Assembly (NCBI GenBank): GCA_963763535.1
Contig: CAVXOX010000008.1
Coordinates: 963,975 to 1,027,974, forward strand
Reading direction: 5' to 3'
DNA: 64,000 nucleotides
From: an uncultured Acidobacteriota bacterium
Lineage (GTDB): Bacteria; Acidobacteriota; Thermoanaerobaculia; UBA5066; Gp7-AA6
Below, in pieces: positions 17,767 to 28,139 of the stretch. Under the pieces are notes generated by a model, which was not told where the DNA came from, did not search any database, and saw only the letters and a program-made list of their open reading frames with translations. The position numbers and the translations under genes are program-made. The stretch's first letter is position 1. Every line of letters starts with the position of its first letter.

Positions 17767-19023
17767 TCATGCCGTCTCCTTCCGGGCGGCCGCGGCCGCC
17801 CCTCCGCGCGCGCCGTACACGAGCGCGCCGGCCGCGAGCGCGATTCCGCCCGCGACGAAATTCTTGGTCTCCGCCGCCGACAGGAACAACAGGCAGATGA
17901 TCAGCGCCGCGATCGGGATGAGAGGGCCGCCGGGCAATCGAATCGTCCGCGGCGTCGCGGGGAGCTTCTTGCGCAGCACCGGCACGGCGAGGCAGGTGCC
18001 GATGTAGGTCGCCAGGCGGGCGACCGTCGAGAGGATGGCGAGCTCCTCGGCGACGCGGAGCGCGCCCGGGTGGATGGCGTTCGACAGCGCGTCGATCGCG
18101 ATCAGCGCGAGCGCCACCCCCGAGTTGAAGAGGATCGCGACGTGGGGCGTCCGGTAGCGCGGATGGATTCGCGCGAAGACCCGCGGCAGGCGCCCCGTCT
18201 CGGCGAGCGCGTAGAGGTAGCGCGGTCCGGCGAGGACGGTGTTGTTGTTCGTGCCGAGCACGGAGAGCACGGCCCCGAGCGTCAGCAGGAAGCCGCCGAA
18301 GGGACCGAGCAGGAGCCGGCCCGCGTCGGCGAGCGGCGTCTGCGAACGGCCGAGGTCGGGGATCGTCCCGATCGCGACGAGCTGCACGAGTGTGTAGATC
18401 GCGGTCACGAGGAGGACCTGCGTGACGAGGGCGAAGGGCACGTCTCGCTTCGGGTTCTTGAACTCGCCCGCCGGCGCCGCCGTGTTCTCGAAGCCGGCGT
18501 ACGCATAGAGCACGAGGAGCGCCGCCTTCGTGAAGTTCCCGCTCTCGGGCGCCGGCACCGGGAAGACGCGGCGCCACGAGATCGCGAAGACGCCCACGAG
18601 AACGAGCAGGACGAGGGGCACCGTCTTGCCGAGCGAGAGCACGACGGCCGTCAGCGCGCCCGACTTGACGCCGCGCACGTTGATCCAGGTCAGGGCGACG
18701 AGCGGAATCACCACGGTCAGCGCCTGCCCGACGCCGCGGTTCGCGCCGTCCCAGAGGTAGCCGACCGCGCGGGCGAAGAAGACTGAGAGGCTCGCGATCG
18801 ACGCGACGCGGGCGATCCAGGTCATCCAGCCCACCTCGAAGCCGACGAAGTCGCCGAAGGCCGCGCGCGTGTACACGATCGCGCCGCCGGCCGTATCGAA
18901 GAGGCTCGCCGCCTCGGCGAAGCAGAGGACCAGCAGGAGCACCGCGACGCCGGCGCCGAGGATCGCCCATACGCTCGCGGGACCGAGCAGCGTCGCCGCG
19001 GCGACGGGCAGGATCAGGTACAC
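17767..19023 (-). CDS. APC-superfamily amino-acid permease (12 TM)
   Basis: 418-aa hydrophobic ORF. The conserved TM1 GSG motif (LRAVSRWEIVALSVNDVIGSGVYLILP) lies just upstream in the same frame with no canonical start. ATG at about 19126 (MPPP) is one frame off, so the true N-terminus is probably near 19126. Confidence 0.75.
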   Translation of the reverse strand: MYLILPVAAATLLGPASVWAILGAGVAVLLLVLCFAEAASLFDTAGGAIVYTRAAFGDFVGFEVGWMTWIARVASIASLSVFFARAVGYLWDGANRGVGQALTVVIPLVALTWINVRGVKSGALTAVVLSLGKTVPLVLLVLVGVFAISWRRVFPVPAPESGNFTKAALLVLYAYAGFENTAAPAGEFKNPKRDVPFALVTQVLLVTAIYTLVQLVAIGTIPDLGRSQTPLADAGRLLLGPFGGFLLTLGAVLSVLGTNNNTVLAGPRYLYALAETGRLPRVFARIHPRYRTPHVAILFNSGVALALIAIDALSNAIHPGALRVAEELAILSTVARLATYIGTCLAVPVLRKKLPATPRTIRLPGGPLIPIAALIICLLFLSAAETKNFVAGGIALAAGALVYGARGGAAAAARKETA

Positions 19024-19149
19024 GCCGCTCCCGATGACGTCGTTGACCGACAGCGCGACGATCTCCCAGCGGGAGACGGCGCGCAGGAAGCCGGGCGACT
19101 TCGGTTCGGCGGAGCTCAGGGTGGCGGCATTCTAGATCAGCGTTTTGGT

Positions 19150-19235
19150 GTCATCCCGAGCGCGGCGAGGGATCCCTTCTCAAGTTATGGTGCGTGCTTC
19201 AAAGGGGTCCCTCGGGTCGTCGCCCTCGGGATGAC
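19150..19235. mobile_element. MITE-like double-palindrome element, copy B, in the divergent promoter region between the permease and ychF
   Basis: gtcatcccgagcgcggcgagggatccc...aaaggggtccctcgggtcgtcgccctcgggatgac. Confidence 0.6.
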
Positions 19236-19261
19236 AGCGGAGCTATATACTCCCGCGCCCA

Positions 19262-20365
19262 ATGCTCCGCGCCGGCATCGTCGGTCTCCCGAACGTCGGG
19301 AAATCCACGCTCTTCAACGCCCTCACGCGCACGCGCAAGGCGGAGGCCGCGAACTACCCGTTCTGCACGATCGAGCCGAACGTCGGCGTCGTCACCGTGC
19401 CCGACTCCCGGCTCGAGCCGCTCGCGAAGATCTCGAAGTCCGAGCGCATCGTGCCCGCCACGATCGAGTTCGTCGACATCGCCGGGCTCGTCAAGGGCGC
19501 CTCGCAGGGGGAAGGTCTCGGCAACAAGTTCCTCCAGCACATCCGCGAGGTGGACGCGATCGTCGAGGTCGTCCGCTGCTTCGAGGATCGGGACGTCGTC
19601 CACGTCGCGGGCGCGCTCGACCCGGTCGCCGACATCGAGACGATCCAGACGGAGCTCGTGCTCGCCGACCTCGAGACCCTGTCGCGGCAGAAGGAGAAGC
19701 TCGAGAAGACCGCGAAGGGCGGCGACAAGGAGGCGAAGGAGGCGCTCCCCGTGGCGGAGAAGCTCGTCGCGCACCTCGACGGCGGACGGCGCGCGTTCAC
19801 GGCGCCGCTGTCGGACGAAGAGAAGGCGGCCGCGCGGCGTTTCTTCCTCCTGACGATGAAGCCGATGCTCTTCGCCTGCAACGTCGCCGAGGGAGAGCTT
19901 GCGACGGCCGACGATTCGCCCCACGTGAAGGCGGTGCGCCACTTCGCACAGACGCACCTCGGCACCGAGGCCGTGGTCGTCTCGGCCGCGATCGAGGCCG
20001 AGCTCGCCGAGCTGCCGGACGCGGAGGCGAAGGAATACCTCGGACATCTCGGCGTGGCGGACTCGGGCGTCTCGTCGCTCATCCGCGCCGCGTACCACCT
20101 CCTCGGCCTGCGCACGTACCTGACGGCCGGCGAGAAGGAGACGCGCGCGTGGACGATCCACGCCGGCGACACGGCCCCGGCCGCGGCGGGAGTGATCCAC
20201 TCCGACTTCGAGAAGGGGTTCATCAAGGCCGAGACGGTCTCGTACGACGACCTGATCGCCGCCGGCGCGATGAACGCCGCGAGGGAGAAGGGTCTCGTGC
20301 GCCAGGAGGGCAAGGAGTACGTGGTTCGCGACGGCGACGTGATCCTGTTCAAGTTCAACGTGTAG
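19262..20365 (+). CDS. ychF: Ribosome-binding ATPase YchF (Obg-family GTPase fold)
   Basis: G1 GLPNVGKST, G3 DIAGLV, a TGS-like C-terminus (GFIKAETVSYDDL), 367 aa, intact. Confidence 0.9.
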   Translation: MLRAGIVGLPNVGKSTLFNALTRTRKAEAANYPFCTIEPNVGVVTVPDSRLEPLAKISKSERIVPATIEFVDIAGLVKGASQGEGLGNKFLQHIREVDAIVEVVRCFEDRDVVHVAGALDPVADIETIQTELVLADLETLSRQKEKLEKTAKGGDKEAKEALPVAEKLVAHLDGGRRAFTAPLSDEEKAAARRFFLLTMKPMLFACNVAEGELATADDSPHVKAVRHFAQTHLGTEAVVVSAAIEAELAELPDAEAKEYLGHLGVADSGVSSLIRAAYHLLGLRTYLTAGEKETRAWTIHAGDTAPAAAGVIHSDFEKGFIKAETVSYDDLIAAGAMNAAREKGLVRQEGKEYVVRDGDVILFKFNV

Positions 20366-20378
20366 GAAACTTCCCGTC

Positions 20379-21155
20379 GTGTTCCGCCGCGCGATCGTCC
20401 GCCCGCCTGCCGAGAACTTCGCCGAGGGCCTGACCACCTCGGAGCTCGGCGCTCCCGACGTCCCGCGCGCGCTCGCGCAGCACGCCGCCTACTGCGAGGC
20501 CCTCGAGCGCTGCGGCCTCGCGCTCACCCGGCTCTCGCCCGACCGCGCGCTATCCCGACTCGACCTTCGTCGAGGACGCCGCGATCCTGACGCCGCGCGG
20601 CGCGGTCCTCACGCGTCCGGGCGCGCCGTCGCCGCGTGGGCGAGGCGGCAGTCGATCGCGCGCGGCGCTCGCGCTGCTTCTACCCGGGCCTGAGCGGATC
20701 GAGCCCCCGGCACGGTCGACGGCGGCGACATCTGCGAGGCGGGCAGTCACTTCTTCATCGGCATTTCGCGGCGGACGAACGAGGAGGGCGCGCGCCAGCT
20801 CGCGCGGCACCTCGCGGGATGGGGTTGCACGAGCGAGGAGGTCGACGTCCGCGGCGTCGCCGGCATCCTCCACCTGAAGAGCGGCATCGCCGCGGTCGAC
20901 GACAAAGCGCCTCGCCGTCATGGAGGCGCTCGCGGAGCCACCCGGCGTTTCGCGGGCTACGACTGCGTGGTCGTCGGCCCGCCGAGACCTACGCCGCCAA
21001 CTGCGTCCGCGTCAACGACGCGCTCCTCGTCGCGGCCGGGCTTCCCGCGGTTCGAGTCGGCCGCGCGCCGCCTCGGCCTCGAGGTGATCGTCCTCGACAT
21101 GTCCGAGTTCGAGAAGATGGACGGCGGCCTGAGCTGTCTGTCGCTGCGCTTCTAA
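20379..21155 (+). pseudogene. Dimethylarginine dimethylaminohydrolase (DDAH)-like gene with at least six frameshifts
   Basis: Conserved DDAH pieces lie in all three frames: MFRRAIVRPPAENFAEGLTTSELGAPD..., ...YPDSTFVEDAAILTPRGAVLTRPGAPSRRGE..., ...ETYAANCVRVNDALLVAAGFPRFESAARRLGLEVIVLDMSEFEKMDGGLSCLSLRF (catalytic Cys retained). The aa sequence stays conserved between shifts, so clustered indel errors are an equally good explanation. Confidence 0.6.
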
Positions 21156-21189
21156 AAACGCCCGTGAGACGCGCCGAGCGCGGGCGCCG

Positions 21190-21854
21190 TCAGGGGCGCG
21201 GCGAGGAGGGCGAGGGAAGCGGCGAGGGCGGCGGCGCCGGCGCCTCGACGCGGCGCAGCGTCCGCGTCATCACCGGCTCCAGACGGCCGCGTTCGCCCTC
21301 GCTCCACGTGATCGTCCACTGGTCCTGCCCGAGCTCCTTCCAGACGGCGCGGACCGCCCGGCGCTTCCCCGTGCGCGCATCCTCGCCGCGAAACACGAGA
21401 TCGCCGCCCTCGAATCGCCCCGTCAGGTGCAGTACGCCCGGGAACGCGCCGTGGATCTCCGAATAGTCGTAGGTGCGCCGCGAGGGGTCCCACGCGACGA
21501 CGAGGAGCGCCGTCACGCGGCCCATGGGGTTGTGGGCGTCGTCGTCGCCGACGACCGAGAAGGAGCCCGGTCCCCTGCGGAACGTCAGCGTGCCCCGGCC
21601 GCCCGGTCCCGGCCGGCCCTCGTATGCCCCGCGCTTGTAGCGCTCCGGCCGGCTCCAGGTCTCCTCGAACGCCCACGCACCGAGGACCGCGTCGAGTTTG
21701 CGCATCTCGGCCGCCGGCGCCTCGAAACGGACGGCGTCCTCGACTCGCTCGTCGTCGTCGACGGCCGGAGAAGGCGTCGGGGTCCTCGCCGGCGCCGGGC
21801 GCGGCGGGGCCGCCGACAGGACGAGCGCGAGCGCCGCCGCGAGCGCCTGCGGCG

Positions 21855-21858
<4 letters not shown>
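21190..21858 (-). CDS. Secreted DUF1579-like protein
   Basis: ATG at 21858 overlaps the fbp stop (ATGA). Signal peptide MTPQALAAALALVLSAAPP and an Ala/Pro-rich C-tail. Confidence 0.45.
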
Positions 21859-22857
<999 letters not shown>

Positions 22858-22868
22858 CGTCGCGAAGG

Positions 22869-23357
22869 TTACTTCTGCTTGGCGATCCGCCAGCGGCCGG
22901 TGGAGGCCGTTCCCTCGCTCCCCTGCGGCGACGTCGTGAAGGTGCCCTCGATCGTGTCGCCGGAGCGGCGCCCCACGAAGGTGGTCACGACCTGGCAGTT
23001 GCACGACGGGTCGCGGTACGGGTCCATGGTCCCGCGCAGCGTCCCTCCCGTCGCGCTGACGAAGTTGATGTTGAGGATCTGCGGCGCCCCGCGCATCGGG
23101 TCGTCGGCCGTCGGCGCCCCCTCCTTCGGCTTCATCAGGACGTCGCCGTGCGCGACCTTGTCGCCCGACTTCAGCTCGAAGACGATCGACCCCGACCGTC
23201 CGGTTTCGGTGCTCGAGTATTCGCCGACCCAGTGGCCCGCGAGAGACGAGACGTCGCCGCCCTCCACGGGAACCGGAGGCGCGGGATTCTGGGACGCGCA
23301 GCTCCCGGCGAAGAGCGCCGCGACGAAGATTGTCGAAAGCGTCCGGCGGTCGACCAT
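22869..23357 (-). CDS. Hypothetical lipoprotein
   Basis: M at 23357, signal peptide plus lipobox (LFAGSC), no recognised domain. Confidence 0.4.
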   Translation of the reverse strand: MVDRRTLSTIFVAALFAGSCASQNPAPPVPVEGGDVSSLAGHWVGEYSSTETGRSGSIVFELKSGDKVAHGDVLMKPKEGAPTADDPMRGAPQILNINFVSATGGTLRGTMDPYRDPSCNCQVVTTFVGRRSGDTIEGTFTTSPQGSEGTASTGRWRIAKQK

Positions 23358-23421
23358 GGAGTCCTCCTGCCGCGGCATCTTACCGCCCGTGTGCGGGCTC
23401 CCGTGTCCGATCGAGGGCGGA

Positions 23422-24441
23422 TCAGGGCCCCTTCGCCCATGCGCGCCAGGCCGGCTTCGGCTCGCCGGAATAGGCCTGGAGGCCGCGGTGCGCGAGAAAT
23501 GCCGCGCGGTTCTTCTCGCGCGTCACGATCGCGCCCGAGGGCGCGCCGTCCTTGCCGGGCGCGGCGTCGCGCAGGTCCACCCATCTCGCGAAGAGGAGCC
23601 GCCGGCCGTCCGCGTGCGCGAGGAATCGCCGCATCCGCGTCACGAAGTCCGCCTGCCGCTCCGGGCTCGATCCGTTCTCGGATGCGGAGGAATAGCTGAC
23701 GACCGGGAACGCGATCGGCCGGCCGGCGGCCGTCCGCAGCAGGTCCGTCCAGTCCTTCTCGAGCGCATCGGGAGGCCGGTGCTGGAACGGCTTGCCCCTC
23801 TCGAAGGGACTGTAGATGTAGAGAAGCAGCGGGCTTCTCTGGTGGAGCAGCGCCGCGACCTCGGGCGCGGAGCTCTCGGTGGGCGCGAGCGTCGTGACGC
23901 CGACGAGCAGATGCGGCGTCCTCTTCTTCAGGTACTGCACGGCGCCGTCGAAGAGCCGGCGATAAGGGGCGAGCTCCTGCGGGCGCTCGGCGAAGTAGGC
24001 ATCCGCGGCCTCGCCGAGCGAGAGCGTCTGGAAGTCGAGGAGGACGGGCGCGAGCGCGTCGAGGAGCCGCCCGAATCGCTGAGAGAGACGCGGGTCGTCG
24101 AACGCCGCGTCGGCGAGATCCCCCGGCACGTCGCGCGCGGCCTCCGTGACGAGGAAAAGGTCGAGCTGCAGCGTCGCCCCGGACTGGCGCAGCAGGCGCG
24201 CGGTGCGGGCGAGGTCGTCGAGCGCGTAACGGTGGGGGGCGGGCTCGGCCGCGGCCCAGGACAGCGACAGTTCGAAGAAGGTCGCTCCGGTGCGGCGCAC
24301 GGCCTCGACGGCGTCGTTGCGCTGCGCGGCCGAGGCCGACTCGGGGAGGTTGAGGGCCACGCCCGCCGCCGGAGGAGGCGGTCCCTCGGCCGGAACGGCC
24401 GCGGCGGCGGCGAGCAGGAGCGCGGCGGCGTGTCGAAACAC
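23422..24441 (-). CDS. Hypothetical secreted protein (possibly a TIM-barrel glycosidase-like fold)
   Basis: 339 aa with signal peptide. Preceded by a structured 300-bp leader. Confidence 0.45.
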   Translation of the reverse strand: MFRHAAALLLAAAAAVPAEGPPPPAAGVALNLPESASAAQRNDAVEAVRRTGATFFELSLSWAAAEPAPHRYALDDLARTARLLRQSGATLQLDLFLVTEAARDVPGDLADAAFDDPRLSQRFGRLLDALAPVLLDFQTLSLGEAADAYFAERPQELAPYRRLFDGAVQYLKKRTPHLLVGVTTLAPTESSAPEVAALLHQRSPLLLYIYSPFERGKPFQHRPPDALEKDWTDLLRTAAGRPIAFPVVSYSSASENGSSPERQADFVTRMRRFLAHADGRRLLFARWVDLRDAAPGKDGAPSGAIVTREKNRAAFLAHRGLQAYSGEPKPAWRAWAKGP

Positions 24442-24743
24442 GAGAGACGCGCCTAGCAGGCTGCTGAAAAATGGATGCGGGCGTCGTGTCCGGCACTTTG
24501 CAGCCGGCGCCCGAATCGCTGAGCACTGATCACAACGCTCATCGTTCTGAAGCGGGCGACGGCAAAGTGCCGGCCACCCTTCGGGTTACGGCGGCGTGGG
24601 GCCATCTGCCCGCGGGTCATCGCTCGACTCTTTTCGCGCGCCTTGACGGCGCGACGATGCTGTCGCATCGCCGTCGTCGCGCTTCCTTGCATCTGACCCC
24701 ACGGCGCTCGTAACGCCATCCCACACCCTTTCTCAGCAACCTG
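24442..24743 (-). promoter_or_regulatory. Structured, lower-GC 5' leader; candidate cis-regulatory RNA of unknown class
   Basis: Terminal 18-bp imperfect inverted repeats (gcctagcaggctgctga / tcagcaacctgctaggc). A long-range stem CGGCACTTTGC...GCAAAGTGCCG. A nested hairpin GACGGCG-ATGCGACAGCATCGTCG-CGCCGTC. A C(UUCG)G-type hairpin CGUGUUUCGACACG that includes the GTG start codon. Confidence 0.3.
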
Positions 24744-25514
24744 CTAGGCGGGCGCGCCGACGAGCACCATCGGACCGGTCGGCGCCGGCATGCCGCCGCG
24801 GGGCTCGACCGTGACGGCGAAGTTCTGCGCGGCCGGCTCCGGGAAGGACGTCGATTCGAACATCGCGCGGCCTGACGCGTTGACGTCGAAGACGCCGGCG
24901 TTGACCGGCTTGCCGTTCAGGAAGACCCAGAGCTCGTACTGCCGGTCCGGGGGCAGCGCCGCGAGGCGCGCGGCAAGGAGCACGCCCCGACGTGCCTTCG
25001 GGCTCCAGCACACCATCCCGCGCGCGCCCGGCTGCGGTCCGGTGCCGCCGAGGTGCATCATCTCGACGTCGTTGCTCTCGAGCACACGCGCGCGCAGCGT
25101 GCGCTCGGCGAGCGCCGTCTCGGCGGTCTGCAGTCGTCCCGCGAGGTCGGCCGAGCGGCTCCGGAGCTCCTCCCGGTCGCGGCGGAGCCGCGCGTCGTCG
25201 AGGACGACCGCGACGAGGAGGAGAGCGGCCGCCACGGCGAAGACGCGCCAGGGCGCCGCCGGCGGCGCGGGCGCGCGGCGCGGCCCGAGCCGACCGAGGA
25301 TCCGCTCGCTCAGCTCCGGCGGCGGCGGGGTGGGAGGGACCGCCGTCCCGAGAGCGGCCGCCGCCTCGCGGCCCTCCGCGAGGAGCTCCTCGCAGGTCGG
25401 GCAGCCCTCGGCCCGGTGCCGCTCGAGTTCGGCGGCGTCCGCGCCGAGCGGCGCGCCGAGCGCGAGCAGGGCGACCAGCTCCTCGTGCCGCTCGCTATGG
25501 GGCATCGGTGCCAC
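24744..25514 (-). CDS. Anti-sigma factor (zinc-finger N-domain, one TM, RskA-like C-domain)
   Basis: HxxxCxxC (HRAEGCPTCEE), a TM segment (VFAVAAALLLVAVVL), a C-terminal anti-sigma-K-like region, and a 20-bp overlap with the sigma gene. Confidence 0.7.
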   Translation of the reverse strand: MAPMPHSERHEELVALLALGAPLGADAAELERHRAEGCPTCEELLAEGREAAAALGTAVPPTPPPPELSERILGRLGPRRAPAPPAAPWRVFAVAAALLLVAVVLDDARLRRDREELRSRSADLAGRLQTAETALAERTLRARVLESNDVEMMHLGGTGPQPGARGMVCWSPKARRGVLLAARLAALPPDRQYELWVFLNGKPVNAGVFDVNASGRAMFESTSFPEPAAQNFAVTVEPRGGMPAPTGPMVLVGAPA

Positions 25515-26073
25515 TCCTCCTGTACGGCCGCAGGCGCTCCCGGAGTTTCATCAGGCCCAGGCGCGCCCGAGTCTTGACGGTGCCGAGCGGCGTCGCGGTG
25601 CGCTCGGCGATCTCCTGCTGGGTGAGGCCCTCGAAGTAGGCGAGCTCGAGGACGGAGCGCTGATCGGCCGGAAGCTCCCGGACGGCCGAGCGGCAGATCG
25701 TCTCCCATTCGCGGTCCGCGGAGGCGCTCTCGACGTCGTCCCGCGCCGGGAGGTCGCCCGCGTCCTCGAGGGGCCGCGGCGGCGGCCTCGACCCCGCGCC
25801 GCGCGCCCGAAGCCGGTCGATCGCCCGGCTGCGGGTCGCGATCAGGAGCCAGGTCGAGACCGCGCCGCGTCGCGCGTCGTACGAGGCCGCCGCACGCCAG
25901 GCGAAGAGGAAGACCTCCTGGAGCACTTCCTCCGCCTCGCCGCCGCCGCCGAGAATCCGGCGTGCGAGGCCGAGCAGCCGAGGCGCGTAACGGTCGTAGA
26001 GCTCGCCGAGCGCCCGCGCGTCACGGGCCTCGATCCGGGCCATCAGGACGGCGTCGGACTCCGCAGGGATCAT
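25495..26073 (-). CDS. ECF-family RNA polymerase sigma-70 factor
   Basis: ATG at 26073 (frame-checked). Region 2 (EVLQEVFLFAWRAAASYD) and region 4 (ELPADQRSVLELAYFEGLTQQEIAE). Confidence 0.85.
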   Translation of the reverse strand: MIPAESDAVLMARIEARDARALGELYDRYAPRLLGLARRILGGGGEAEEVLQEVFLFAWRAAASYDARRGAVSTWLLIATRSRAIDRLRARGAGSRPPPRPLEDAGDLPARDDVESASADREWETICRSAVRELPADQRSVLELAYFEGLTQQEIAERTATPLGTVKTRARLGLMKLRERLRPYRRSGTDAP

Positions 26074-26146
26074 CGTCGCGGCGAAAGATATCGCAGGCCT
26101 CCGCGGGTCCTGGTTCCGTTCGGTACGATGCATCCACGGAGGATCC

Positions 26147-26689
26147 ATGCAGCGACGCGACCTGTTTCGCTCCGCCGCCCGCGCGGGGCTCGCGCTCGGG
26201 CTCGCCGCGGCCGGCCGGCCGCTCATCGCGCTGCCCGGCGCGGACAAGACGGAGATCGACGACATCGGACTCATGAACACGGCGCTCGCGCTCGAGCACC
26301 AGGCGATCTGGGCCTACGGGCTCGCGGGCCGGAGCGGCCTCCTGTCCGAGAAAGCGAAGGAGGTCGGGCTCGCATTCCAGGGAAGCCACGAGCTCCACCG
26401 CGACCTGCTCGTCGACGCCGTGCGTCGCAAGGGCGGCGCGCCGGTCGACGCGAAAAAGGAGTACGTGTTTTCCGTGCCGCTCGCCAACGAGAAGGACGTG
26501 CTCGAGCTCGCGTTCACCCTCGAGGTCGGCGCGGCGCGCGCGTACCTCTCGGTGATCGACCGGTTCCACGATCGCGCGCTCTCCGCCTCTTCGGCGAAGA
26601 TCCTCTCCGACGAGGTGCTGCACGCGACGGTGCTCCGGAGCGTGCTCGGACGCGACGTGGTTCCGACGTTCGGCCTGATCGAGAATTGA
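26147..26689 (+). CDS. Tat-secreted ferritin-like domain protein (DUF4439-like)
   Basis: Twin-arginine signal MQRRDLFRSAARAGLALGLAAAG; ferritin-like helices. Confidence 0.55.
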   Translation: MQRRDLFRSAARAGLALGLAAAGRPLIALPGADKTEIDDIGLMNTALALEHQAIWAYGLAGRSGLLSEKAKEVGLAFQGSHELHRDLLVDAVRRKGGAPVDAKKEYVFSVPLANEKDVLELAFTLEVGAARAYLSVIDRFHDRALSASSAKILSDEVLHATVLRSVLGRDVVPTFGLIEN

Positions 26690-26711
26690 CCGGACCGCCC
26701 GCACGGCGGTC

Positions 26712-26861
26712 CGGTCATCCCGAGGGCGTCGAGCCCGAGGGATCCCTTTCGCAGCCGCACTGAGACATCAAAGGGATCCCTCGCTGCGCTCGGGATGACA
26801 AGAGGCGTGCAGCCGTATCCAGATTTGAAAGGGATCCCTGGCGACGCTCCGCTCGGGATGA
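26712..26861. mobile_element. MITE-like element, copy C: one full copy plus one right-half copy in tandem
   Basis: ggtcatcccgagggcgtcgagcccgagggatccctttcgcagccgcactgagacatcaaagggatccctcgctgcgctcgggatgac, then gaaagggatccctggcgacgctccgctcgggatgac. Confidence 0.6.
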
Positions 26862-26873
26862 CGCGAAGGAGAC

Positions 26874-27164
26874 CTAGCCCGCCGGCCGCTCCGCCTTCGT
26901 TTCCGGGATCGCGGGCGGTCCGCCTTTCAGGTCCTCGCGGATGATCAGGTCGAGGAAGAGCTCGCGCACGCCTTCGCGGCCGCCGGACTTGAATGCCCGC
27001 CGCACCTCCGTCGGACGCAGCGCGATGCCGGTCATCGTCTTCAGGTACTGACAGAACACGTACGATCGAGACCGGAACGAAACGATCAAAAGGAGCAGAA
27101 GCAGAACGGCGGAGCCGAAGACGACCCAGTCCGCCCGCGTCAATAATTCCAACGCGCCCGACAT
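26874..27164 (-). CDS. Small membrane-anchored protein (96 aa), last gene after the Opu transporter
   Basis: ATG at 27164 (frame-checked). One TM segment (VVFGSAVLLLLLLIV). Confidence 0.4.
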   Translation of the reverse strand: MSGALELLTRADWVVFGSAVLLLLLLIVSFRSRSYVFCQYLKTMTGIALRPTEVRRAFKSGGREGVRELFLDLIIREDLKGGPPAIPETKAERPAG

Positions 27165-27229
27165 TTTTTCTGCGAATCCTTTGCCCAACAGGGTAGCAGG
27201 TTTTTGCCGGAACCGCGCGGCTTTCGCCC

Positions 27230-28135
27230 TCAGCGCGGGGTCCCGGCGGGCGTGCCGGCGGGCACCGCGCGCCCCGACAGGAACTCCGCGGCGACGGCTG
27301 CGGGCCGCCGGCCGCCACCGTCGACCGCCGCGTTCATCGCGCGCATCGCGTCGGCGCTGATCGCGCCCGAGAGCCGCTCGAGCGCACGGCGCGCGCGAGG
27401 GTCCTTCCACACAGGCTCGCGCAAGACGAACGCCGCCTCGTACGGCGGAAAGTAGTGCCGATCGTCCTCGAGCACGGAGAGCCGCATCGTCGCGATCGGC
27501 CCATCCGTCGAGTTCCCGGCGACCACGTCGACTTTTCCCTGCGCGAGCGCGGGGTACAGGAGGCCGAGGTCCATCTGCGCGGGCCGCGCGCGAAACGAGA
27601 GCCCGTACGCCGCGGCGAGCCCGGCGTAACCGTCCGCGCGCTCGAGGAACTCGTAGCCGAATCCGGGGCGGAGCTCCGGATGCGCGGCGAGGTCCGAGAT
27701 TCGCGCGACGCCGAGCCGCCGCGCGTCGTCGCCGCGCATCACGAGCGCGAACGTGTTCTCGAAGCCGAGCGGCGGCGTCCACACGAGACGCCAGCGTCGC
27801 GCGTACTCCTCGATCACGCGCGCGCGCACCTGCGCCGCGTCCGAGACGGGCTTCTCCTTCAGGATCGCGGCGAACGCGGTGCCCGTGTACTCGGGATAGA
27901 GATCAAGCTCGCCCGCGACGAGGGCGCGCTGGCACAGGAACGTGCCGCCGAGGTCGAAACGCCGCTCGACCTTCAGGCCCTCCGCTTCGAGCGCCTGCGC
28001 CGCGAGCTCGCCGAGAATGACCTGCTCGGTGAAATTCTTCGAGCCGACGCGGATCGCCGGCGGCCCCGGCGCTCGGCAGGCGGCGGCCGCGAGCAGTGCG
28101 GCGGCGACGGCGACGGCGACGAGTCGCGGCCTCAC
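27230..28135 (-). CDS. Glycine betaine/choline-type ABC transporter substrate-binding protein (OpuAC/OpuBC family)
   Basis: Lipoprotein-type signal (AAAC) and the OpuAC fold (GSKNFTEQVILGEL, LYPEYTG). Confidence 0.8.
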   Translation of the reverse strand: MRPRLVAVAVAAALLAAAACRAPGPPAIRVGSKNFTEQVILGELAAQALEAEGLKVERRFDLGGTFLCQRALVAGELDLYPEYTGTAFAAILKEKPVSDAAQVRARVIEEYARRWRLVWTPPLGFENTFALVMRGDDARRLGVARISDLAAHPELRPGFGYEFLERADGYAGLAAAYGLSFRARPAQMDLGLLYPALAQGKVDVVAGNSTDGPIATMRLSVLEDDRHYFPPYEAAFVLREPVWKDPRARRALERLSGAISADAMRAMNAAVDGGGRRPAAVAAEFLSGRAVPAGTPAGTPR

Positions 28136-28139
28136 GGCC

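Noticed and set aside
24471-24713. 80-aa and 88-aa ORFs inside the 24.4-24.7 kb intergenic region
   Set aside because: No RBS, odd composition, overlapping each other on opposite strands. The region is better explained as structured non-coding leader.
26700-26880. Small ORFs translated from MITE copies (for example SAPHCDSERDPSLRSG-like peptides)
   Set aside because: The same nucleotide element recurs in intergenic DNA in both orientations. Coding potential is an artefact of the palindromes.
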